From contig OZ024745.1 of NCBI GenBank assembly GCA_964016885.1, positions 60,202,001 to 60,266,000 of the forward strand: 64,000 nucleotides of DNA. The letters run 5' to 3'. Shown one piece after another: positions 54,366 through 64,000 of the stretch. Below the pieces are notes generated by a model that saw only the letters and a program-made list of their open reading frames with translations, made no database searches and was not told the origin of the DNA. This DNA is from Eledone cirrhosa. Taxonomy: Eukaryota. Made by a program: the position numbers and the translations under genes. Positions within the stretch are counted from its first letter, which is position 1. Every line of letters starts with the position of its first letter.

Positions 54366-54535
54366 CTTGGGGTGTATACTGCGGCTTGGAGTGTAAACTG
54401 CGGCTCCGAATATAAACTACGACTTGCAGTGTCATATATGACTCTGAGTGAAAACCTCGACTTGGAGTGAGAACCTCGACTTGGAGTGAAAACCTCGACT
54501 TGGAGTGAAAACTTCAACTTGGAGTGTAAACTGCG

Positions 54536-56400
54536 ACTTGGAGTGTAAACTTCAACTTGGAGTGTAAACTGCGACTTGGAGTGTAAAATGCGACTTGGAG
54601 TGTAATCTGCGGCTTGGAGTGTAAAATGCGACTTGGAGTGTAATCTGCGGCTTGGAGTGTAATCTGCGGCTTCGAGTGTAATCTGCGGCTTGGAGTGTAA
54701 TGTACAACTTGGAGCATAATGTACGACTTAGAGTGTAATGTAGGACTTGGAGTGTAAACTGCGACTTGGAATATAAATTGCGATTTGGATTGTAAACCTT
54801 GACTTGCAGTGTATTGAACAACTGGGGGCGTATACTGCGGCTTGGAGTGTAAACTGCGACTCCGAATGTAAACTACGACTTGCAGTGTAATATATGACTC
54901 TGAGTGTAAACTACGACTTGGAGTGTAAACTGCGACATGAAGTATAAACTGCTACTTGGAGTGTTGACTTCAACTTGGAGTGTTGACTTCAACTTGGAGT
55001 GTTGACTTCAACTTGGAGTGTTGACTTCAACTTGGAGTGTAGACTTCAACTTGGAGTGTAGACTTCAACTTGGAGTGTAAACCTCGACTTGGAGTGTGAC
55101 CTACAACTTGGAGCATAATGTACGACTTAGAGTGTAATGTAGGACTAGGAGCATAATGTACGACTTGGAGTGTAATGTAGGACTTGGAGTGTAAACTGCG
55201 ACTTGGAGTGTAATGTAGGACTTGGAGTGTAAACTGCGACCTGGAATATAAATTGCGACTTGGATTGTAAACCTTGACTTGCAGTGTATTGAACAACTTG
55301 GGGTGTATACTGCGGCTTGGAGTGTAAACTGCGACTCCGAATGTAAACTACGACTTGCAGTGTAATATATGACTCTGAGTGTAAACTACGACTTGGAGTG
55401 TAAACTGCGACATGGAGTGTAAACTGCGACATGGAGTATAAACTGCGACTTGGAGTGTTGACTTCAACTTGGAGTGTTGACTTCAACTTGGAGTGTTGAC
55501 TTCAACTTGGAGTGTTGACTTCAACTTGGAGTGTTGACTTCAACTTAGAGTGTAAACTTCAACTTGGAGTGTAAACTTCAACTTGGAGTGTAAACTTCAA
55601 CTTGGAGTGTAAACTTCAACTTGGAGTGTAAACCTCGACTTGGAGTGTAAACCTCGACTTGGAGTGTAAACTGCGACTTGGAGTGAGAACCTGGACTTGG
55701 AGTGAAAACCTCGACTTGGAGTGAGAACCTCGACTTGGAGTGAAAACCTAGACTTGGAGTGAAAACCTAGACTTGGAGTGAGAACCTCGACTTGGAGTGA
55801 AAACCTCGACTTGGAGTGAAAACCTCGACTTGGAGTGTAAACTTCAACTTGGAGTGTAAACTGCGACTTGGAGTGTAAAATGCGACTTGGAGTGTAATCT
55901 GCGGCTTGGAGTGTAAAATGCGACTTGGAGTGTAATCTGCGGCTTGGAGTGTAATCTGCGGCTTCGAGTGTAATCTGCGGCTTGGAGTGTAATGTACAAC
56001 TTGGAGCATAATGTACGACTTAGAGTGTAATGTAGGACTTGGAGTGTAAACTGCGACTTGGAATATAAATTGCGATTTGGATTGTAAACCTTGACTTGCA
56101 GTGTATTGAACAACTTGGGGCGTATACTGCGGCTTGGAGTGTAAACTGCGACTCCGAATGTAAACTACGACTTGCAGTGTAATATATGACTCTGAGTGTA
56201 AACTACGACTTGGAGTGTAAACTGCGACATGAAGTATAAACTGCTACTTGGAGTGTTGACTTCTACTTGGAGTGTTGACTTCAACTTGGAGTGTTGACTT
56301 CAACTTGGAGTGTTGACTTCAACTTGGAGTGTTGACTTCAACTTGGAGTGTTGACTTCAACTTGGAGTGTAGACTTCAACTTGGAGTGTAGACTTCAACT
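54536..56400 (+). repeat. 1,292-bp-offset duplication at the start of Domain B
   Basis: Private monomers taaaatgcg, taatctgcgg, gcttcgagtg, gggcgtatac and acatgaagt occur at ~54.58-54.95 kb and again at ~55.87-56.24 kb. Identical 89-aa ORFs 54552..54821 and 55844..56113 are offset by 68 x 19. Confidence 0.88.
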
Positions 56401-56568
56401 TGGAGTGTAGACTTCAACTTGGAGTGTAAACTTCAACTTGGAGTGTAAACTTCAACTTGGAGTGTAAACTTCAACTTGGAGTGTTAACTTCAACTTGGAG
56501 TGTAAACTTCAACTTGGAGTGTAAACTTCAACTTGGAGTGTAAACTTCAACTTGGAGTGTAAACTGCG

Positions 56569-56950
56569 ACTTGGTGTGTACAACGTGGAGTGTAAACTGC
56601 GATTTGGAATGTAAATTGCGACTTGGATTGTAAATTCCGACTTGGAGTGTAAACTGCTACTTGGAGTGTAAACTGCTACTGTGTAATGTTCGACTTGGAA
56701 TGTAATGTACAACGTGGAATGTAATGTACGACTTGGAGTGTAAACGGCGACTTGGTTCTACTTGGAGTGTAAACGGCGACTTGGTTCTACTTGGAGTGTA
56801 AACTGCTACTCGGTTCTACTTGAAGTGTAATGATCTACTTGAAGCGTAATGATCTACTTGGAGTGTAATGTTCTACTTGGTCTGTAAACTGCGACTTGGA
56901 GTGTAATGTACGACTCGGAGTTTAAACTGCGACTTGAAGTGTAAACTGCG
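56569..56950 (+). repeat. Most diverged block, containing truncated 14-, 15- and 10-bp monomers (first of four copies; others start ~59117, ~60496, ~62934)
   Basis: acttggtgtgtaca (14), actgtgtaatgttcg (15) and acttggttct-type (10, x2-3) monomers. Their lengths account exactly for the +2, +11, +6 and +2 departures from 19-bp register between landmarks. Confidence 0.9.
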
Positions 56951-59900
56951 ACTTGGAGTGTAAACTGAGACTTGGAGTGTAAACTGCGACTTGGAGTGTA
57001 AACTGCGACTCGGAGTGTGAACTACAACTTGGAGCATAATGTACGACTTAGAGTGTAATGTAGGACTAGGAGCATAATGTACGACTTGGAGTGTAATGTA
57101 GGACTTGGAGTGTAAACTGCGACTTGGAGTGTAATGTAGGACTTGGAGTGTAAACTGCGACCTGGAATATAAATTGCGACTTGGATTGTAAACCTTGACT
57201 TGCAGTGTATTGAACAACTTGGGGTGTATACTGCGGCTTGGAGTGTAAACTGCGACTCCGAATGTAAACTACGACTTGCAGTGTAATATATGACTCTGAG
57301 TGTAAACTACGACTTGGAGTGTAAACTGCGACATGGAGTGTAAACTGCGACATGGAGTATAAACTGCGACTTGGAGTGTTGACTTCAACTTGGAGTGTTG
57401 ACTTCAACTTGGAGTGTTGACTTCAACTTGGAGTGTTGACTTCAACTTGGAGTGTTGACTTCAACTTGGAGTGTTGACTTCAACTTAGAGTGTAAACTTC
57501 AACTTGGAGTGTAAACTTCAACTTGGAGTGTAAACTTCAACTTGGAGTGTAAACTTCAACTTGGAGTGTAAACTTCAACTTGGAGTGTAAACTTCAACTT
57601 GGAGTGTAAACTTCAACTTGGAGTGTAAACCTCGACTTGGAGTGTAAACCTCGAGTTGGAGTGTAAACTGCGACTTGGAGTGAGAACCTCGACTTGGAGT
57701 GAAAACCTCGACTTGGAGTGAGAACCTCGACTTGGAGTGAAAACCTCGACTTGGAGTGAGAACCTCGACTTGGAGTGAAAACCTCGACTTGAAGTGAAAA
57801 CCTCGACTTGGAGTGAGAACCTCGACTTGGAGTGAAAACCTCGACTTGGAGTGTAAACTGCGACTTGGAGTGTAAACTGCGACTTGGAGTGAAAACCTCG
57901 ACTTGGAGTGAAAACTGCGACTTGGAGTGTAGACCTCGACTTGGAGTGTAAACCTCGACTTGGAGTGTAAACCTCGACTTGGAGTGAGAACCTCGACTTG
58001 GAGTGAAAACCTCGACTTGGAGTGAGAACCTCGACTTGGAGTGAAAACCTCGACTTGTTGTGAGAACCTCGACTTGGAGTGAAAACCTCGACTTGGAGTG
58101 AGAACCTCGACTTGGAGTGAAAACCTCGACTTGGAGTGAGAACCTCGACTTGGAGTGAAAACCTCGACTTGGAGTGTAAACTGCGACTTGGAGTGTAATG
58201 TACAACTTGGAGCATAATGTACAACTTGGAGCATAATGTACGACTTGGAGCATAATGTACGACTTAGAGCATAATGTAGGACTTAGAGTGTAATGTAGGA
58301 CTTAGAGTGTAATGTAGGACTTAGAGTGTAATGTAGGACTTAGAGTGTAATGTAGGACTTAGAGTGTAATGTAGGACTTAGAGTGTAATGTAGGACTTAG
58401 AGTGTAATGTAGGACTAGGAGCATAATGTAGGACTAGGAGCATAATGTACGACTTGGAGTGTAATGTAGGACTTGGAGTGTAATGTAGGACTTGGAGTGT
58501 AATGTAGGACTTGGAGTGTAAACTGCGAGTTGGAATATAAATTGCGACTTGGATTGTAAACCTTGACTTGCAGTGTATTGAACAACTTGGGGTGTATACT
58601 GCGACTTGGAGTGTAAACTGCGGCTCCGAATATAAACTACGACTTGCAGTGTAATATATGACTCTGAGTGAAAACCTCGACTTGGAGTGTAAACTGCGAC
58701 ATGGAGTGTAAACTGCGACATGGAGTATAAACTGCGACTTGGAGTGTTGACTTCAACTTGGAGTGTTGACTTCAACTTGGAGTGTTGACTTCAACTTGGA
58801 GTGTTGACTTCAACTTGGAGTGTTGACTTCAACTTGGAGTGTTGACTTCAACTTGGAGTGTTGACTTCAACTTAGAGTGTAAACTTCAACTTGGAGTGTA
58901 AACTTTAACTTGGAGTGTAAACTTCAACTTGGAGTGTAAACTTCAACTTGGAGTGTAAACTTCAACTTGGAGTGTAAACTTCAACTTGGAGTGTAAACTT
59001 CAACTTGGAGTGTAAACTTCAACTTGGAGTGTAAACTTCAACTTGGAGTGTAAACTTCAACTTGGAGTGTAAACTTCAACTTGGAGTGTAAACTTCAACT
59101 TGGAGTGTAAACTGCGACTTGGTGTGTACAACGTGGAGTGTAAACTGCGATTTGGAATGTAAATTGCGACTTGGATTGTAAATTCCGACTTGGAGTGTAA
59201 ACTGCTACTTGGAGTTTAAACTGCGACTGTGTAATGTTCGACTTGGAATGTAATGTACAACGTGGAATGTAATGTACGACTTGGAGTGTAAACGGCGACT
59301 TGGTTCTACTTGGAGTGTAAACTGCTACTTGGTTCTACTTGAAGTGTAATGATCTACTTGAATCGTAATGATCTACTTGGAGTGTAATGTTCTACTTGGT
59401 CTGTAAACTGCGACTTGGAGTGTAATGTACGACTCGGAGTTTAAACTGCGACTTGAAGTGTAAACTGCGACTTGGAGTGTAAACTGCGACTCGGAGTGTG
59501 AACTACAACTTGGAGCATAATGTACGACTTAGAGTGTAATGTAGGACTAGGAGCATAATGTACGACTTAGTGTGTAATGTAGGACTTGGAGTGTAAACTG
59601 CGACTTGGAGTGTAATGTAGGACTTGGAGTGTAAACTGCGACCTGGAATATAAATTGCGACTTGGATTGTAAATCTTGACTTGCAGTGTATTGAACAACT
59701 TGGGGTGTATACTGCGGCTTGGAGTGTAAACTGCGACTCCGAATGTAAACTACGACTTGCAGTGTAATATATGACTCTGAGTGTAAACTACGACTTGGAG
59801 TGTAAACTGCGACATGGAGTGTAAACTGCGACATGGAGTATAAACTGCGACTTGGAGTGTTGACTTCAACTTGGAGTGTTGACTTCAACTTGGAGTGTTG

Positions 59901-62900
59901 ACTTCAACTTGGAGTGTTGACTTCAACTTGGAGTGTTGACTTCAACTTGGAGTGTTGACTTCAACTTGGAGTGTTGACTTCAACTTGGAGTGTTGACTTC
60001 AACTTAGAGTGTAAACTTCAACTTGGAGTGTAAACTTCAACTTGGAGTGTAAACTTCAACTTGGAGTGTAAACTTCAACTTGGAGTGTAAACTTCAACTT
60101 GGAGTGTAAACTTCAACTTGGAGTGTAAACTTCAACTTGGAGTGTAAACTTCAACTTGGAGTGTAAACTTCAACTTGGAGTGTAAACTTCAACTTGGAGT
60201 GTAAACTGCGACTTGGAGTGTAAACTTCAACTTGGAGTGTAAACTGCGACTTGGAGTGTAAACCTCGACTTGGAGTGAGAACCTCGACTTGGAGTGAGAA
60301 CCTCGACTTGGAGTGAGAACCTCGACTTGGAGTGAGAACCTCGACTTGGAGAGAAAACCTCGACTTGGAGTGAAAACCTCGACTTGGAGTGAGAACCTCG
60401 ACTTGGAGTGAAAACCTCGACTTGGAGTGAAAACCTCGACTTGGAGTGTAAACTGCGACTTGGAGTGAAAACCTCGACTTGGAGTGAGAACCTGTCGTGG
60501 AGTGTAAACTGCGATTTGGAATGTAAATTGCGACTTGGATTGTAAATTCCGACTTGGAGTGTAAACTGCTACTTGGAGTGTAAAGTGCTACTGTGTAATG
60601 TTCGACTTGGAATGTAATGTACAACGTGGAATGTAATGTACGACTTGGAGTGTAAACGGCGACTTGGTTCTACTTGGAGTGTAAACGGCGACTTGGTTCT
60701 ACTTGGAGTGTAAACTGCTACTTGGTTCTACTTGAAGTGTAATGATCTACTTGAAGCGTAATGATCTACTTGGAGTGTAATGTTCTACTTGGTCTGTAAA
60801 CTGCGACTTGGAGTGTAATGTACGACTCGGAGTTTAAACTGCGACTTGAAGTGTAAACTGCGACTTGGAGTGTAAACTGAGACTTGGAGTGTAAACTGCG
60901 ACTTGGAGTGTAAACTGCGACTCGGAGTGTGAACTACAACTTGGAGCATAATGTACGACTTAGAGTGTAATGTAGGACTAGGAGCATAATGTACGACTTG
61001 GAGTGTAATGTAGGACTTGGAGTGTAAACTGCGACTTGGAGTGTAATGTAGGACTTGGAGTGTAAACTGCGACCTGGAATATAAATTGCGACTTGGATTG
61101 TAAACCTTGACTTGCAGTGTATTGAACAACTTGGGGTGTATACTGCGGCTTGGAGTGTAAACTGCGACTCCGAATGTAAACTACGACTTGCAGTGTAATA
61201 TATGACTCTGAGTGTAAACTACGACTTGGAGTGTAAACTGCGACATGGAGTGTAAACTGCGACATGGAGTATAAACTGCGACTTGGAGTGTTGACTTCAA
61301 CTTGGAGTGTTGACTTCAACTTGGAGTGTTGACTTCAACTTGGAGTGTTGACTTCAACTTGGAGTGTTGACTTCAACTTGGAGTGTTGACTTCAACTTAG
61401 AGTGTAAACTTCAACTTGGAGTGTAAACTTCAACTTGGAGTGTAAACTTCAACTTGGAGTGTAAACTTCAACTTGGAGTGTAAACTTCAACTTGGAGTGA
61501 ACACTTCAACTTGGAGTGTAAACTTCAACTTGGAGTGTAAACCTCGACTTGGAGTGTAAACCTCGACTTGGAGTGTAAACTGCGACTTGGAGTGAGAACC
61601 TCGACGTGGAGTGAAAACCTCGACTTGGAGTGAGAACCTCGACTTGGAGTGAAAACCTCGACTTAGAGTGAGAACCTCGACTTGGAGTGAAAACCTCGAC
61701 TTGAAGTGAAAACCTCGACTTGGAGTGAGAACCTCGACTTGGAGTGAAAACCTCGACTTGGAGTGTAAACTGCGACTTGGAGTGTAAACTGCGACTTGGA
61801 GTGAAAACCTCGACTTGGAGTGAAAACTGCGACTTGGAGTGTAGACCTCGACTTGGAGTGTAAACCTCGACTTGGAGTGTAAACCTCGACTTGGAGTGAG
61901 AACCTCGACTTGGAGTGAAAACCTCGACTTGGAGTGAGAACCTCGACTTGGAGTGAAAACCTCGACTTGTAGTGAGAACCTCGACTTGGAGTGAAAACCT
62001 CGACTTGGAGTGAGAACCTCGACTTGGAGTGAAAACCTCGACTTGGAGTGAGAACCTCGACTTGGAGTGAAAACCTCGACTTGGAGTGTAAACTGCGACT
62101 TGGAGTGTAATATACAACTTGGAGCATAATGTACAACTTGGAGCATAATGTACGACTTGGAGCATAATGTACGACTTAGAGCATAATGTAGGACTTAGAG
62201 TGTAATGTAGGACTTAGAGTGTAATGTAGGACTTAGAGTGTAATGTAGGACTTAGAGTGTAATGTAGGACTTAGAGTGTAATGTAGGACTTGGAGTGTAA
62301 TGTAGGACTTGGAGTGTAATGTAGGACTTGGAGTGTAATGTAGGACTTGGAGTGTAAACTGCGAGTTGGAATATAAATTGCGACTTGGATTGTAAACCTT
62401 GACTTGCAGTGTATTGAACAACTTGGGGTGTATACTGCGACTTGGAGTGTAAACTGCGGCTCCGAATATAAACTACGACTTGCAGTGTAATATATGACTC
62501 TGAGTGTAAACTACGACTTGGAGTGTAAACTGCGACATGGAGTGTAAACTGAGACATGGAGTATAAACTGCGACTTGGAGTGTTGACTTCAACTTGGAGT
62601 GTTGACTTCAAATTGGAGTGTTGACTTCAACTTGGAGTGTTGACTTCAACTTGGAGTGTTGACTTCAACTTGGAGTGTTGACTTCAACTTGGAGTGTTGA
62701 CTTCAACTTAGAGTGTAAACTTCAACTTGGAGTGTAAACTTTAACTTGGAGTGTAAACTTCAACTTGGAGTGTAAACTTCAACTTGGAGTGTAAACTTCA
62801 ACTTGGAGTGTAAACTTCAACTTGGAGTGTAAACTTCAACTTGGAGTGTAAACTTCAACTTGGAGTGTAAACTTCAACTTGGAGTGTAAACTTCAACTTG

Positions 62901-64000
62901 GAGTGTAAACTTCAATTTGGAGTGTAAACTGCGACTTGGTGTGTACAACGTGGAGTGTAAACTGCGATTTGAAATGTAAATTGCGACTTGGATTGTAAAT
63001 TCCGACTTGGAGTGTAAACTGCTACTTGGAGTTTAAACTGCGACTGTGTAATGTTCGACTTGGAATGTAATGTACAACGTGGAATGTAATGTACGACTTG
63101 GAGTGTAAACGGCGACTTGGTTCTACTTGGAGTGTAAACGGCGACTTGGTTCTACTTGTAGTGTAAACTGCTACTTGGTTCTACTTGAAGTGTAATGATC
63201 TACTTGAAGCGTAATGATCTACTTGGAGTGTAATGTTCTACTTGGTCTGTAAACTGCGACTTGGAGTGTAATGTACGACTCGGAGTTTAAACTGCGACTT
63301 GAAGTGTAAACTGCGACTTGGAGTGTAAACTGCGACTCGGAGTGTGAACTACAACTTGGAGCATAATGTACGACTTAGAGTGTAATGTAGGACTAGGAGC
63401 ATAATGTACGACTTAGTGTGTAATGTAGGACTTGGAGTGTAAACTGCGACTTGGAGTGTAATGTAGGACTTGGAGTGTAAACTGCGACCTGGAATATAAA
63501 TTGCGACTTGGATTGTAAATCTTGACTTGCAGTGTATTGAACAACTTGGGGTGTATACTGCGGCTTGGAGTGTAAACTGCGACTCCGAATGTAAACTACG
63601 ACTTGCAGTGTAATATATGACTCTGAGTGTAAACTACGACTTGGAGTGTAAACTGCGACATGGAGTGTAAACTGCGACATGGAGTATAAACTGCGACTTG
63701 GAGTGTTGACTTCAACTTGGAGTGTTGACTTCAACTTGGAGTGTTGACTTCAACTTGGAGTGTTGACTTCAACTTGGAGTGTTGACTTCAACTTGGAGTG
63801 TTGACTTCAACTTGGCGTGTTGACTTCAACTTAGAGTGTAAACTTCAACTTGGAGTGTAAACTTCAACTTGGAGTGTAAACTTCAACTTGGAGTGTAAAC
63901 TTCAACTTGGAGTGTAAACTTCAACTTGGAGTGTAAACTTCAACTTGGAGTGTAAACTTCAACTTGGAGTGTAAACTTCAACTTGGAGTGTAAACCTCAA
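56569..64000 (+). repeat. ~3.85-3.9-kb higher-order unit in Domain B, about two copies, each containing three cassette cores
   Basis: Matching ORF pairs: 56873/60785 and 57575/61487 (offset 3912), 59547/63393 (offset 3846). The private variant gattgtaaaTcttg is at ~59670 and ~63516. Confidence 0.88.

Larger units (their letters stand above)
1..54497 (+). repeat. Domain A: homogeneous satellite tracts (ACTTGGAGTGAGAACCTCG / ACTTGGAGTGAAAACCTCG) punctuated by 20 copies of a diverged-monomer cassette
   Basis: Two monomers differing at one G/A site dominate. The cassette landmark GTATTGAACAA ends at 1641, 3389, 6106, 7777, 11254, 12527, 16308, 17657, 20925, 22825, 26435, 27727, 33313, 40001, 41540, 46917, 48608, 50603, 52484 and 54365. 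Confidence 0.95.
1..64000 (+). repeat. 19-bp tandem satellite array, ~3,370 head-to-tail monomers, core ACTTGGAGTG plus a 9-nt variable part
   Basis: ACTTGGAGTG or a close variant recurs every 19 nt from position 7 to the window end. I saw no inversion or unique insert. The array is truncated by both window edges. Confidence 0.99.
54498..64000 (+). repeat. Domain B: heterogeneous, more diverged layer of the same 19-bp satellite with nine cassette cores
   Basis: Variable parts include taaacttca, ttgacttca, tagacttca, taatctgcg, taaaatgcg, taaacggcg and taatgatct. Landmarks end at 54821, 55296, 56113, 57217, 58585, 59698, 61129, 62421 and 63544. Confidence 0.93.

Noticed and set aside
1-64000. 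CRISPR, TIGR or other guide-RNA array (10-nt constant plus 9-nt variable layout)
   Set aside because: The variable parts are a small set of related, massively repeated sequences rather than unique spacers. The period is too short, and there is no leader, cas/tas or any other gene in 64 kb.
1-64000. Telomerase-made telomeric repeat (some yeasts have long units with a TGGTGTA-like motif)
   Set aside because: The resemblance is loose, there is no strong G-strand bias (~50% GC, balanced), and multi-kb HORs with diverged cassettes indicate recombinational amplification rather than templated synthesis. A subtelomeric location is not excluded.
1-64000. Synthetic concatemer or sequencing artefact (primer concatemer, rolling-circle product)
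   Set aside because: Hierarchically shared rare variants, positional SNP gradients and an older diverged layer fit natural evolution. Exact copy numbers could still be mis-assembled.
1-64000. Assignment to a named satellite family, organism or centromere
   Set aside because: I do not recognise the monomer and cannot run a database search. I see no CENP-B box or other diagnostic motif.

Overview
The whole 64 kb is one head-to-tail tandem array of a 19-bp monomer, about 3,370 copies, all in the same orientation and running off both window edges. I see no genes, RNA genes, transposons or unique DNA. The dominant monomer is ACTTGGAGTG-A(G/A)AACCTCG. Every ORF in the track is a by-product of the repeat: the minus strand has no stop codon and 19 is not divisible by 3. 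The array is highly structured. (i) Domain A (1-54,497) has long, near-homogeneous tracts punctuated 20 times by a conserved ~22-monomer cassette of diverged 19-mers, at spacings that are exact multiples of 19 apart from one 1-bp deletion. This gives variable-length higher-order repeats (HORs) of 67-352 monomers with nested multi-kb duplications. (ii) Domain B (54,498-64,000) is more heterogeneous and probably older, with many monomer types, register-breaking 10/14/15-bp monomers, nine more cassette cores and a ~3.9-kb duplicated unit. Cassette SNPs change stepwise from right to left, and one Domain B segment (~57.7-58.7 kb) looks like the progenitor of the Domain A unit. The best reading is the edge of a eukaryotic-type satellite array with layered expansion. 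Organism, chromosomal position and function cannot be determined from the sequence alone, and I cannot say whether this satellite family has been described.
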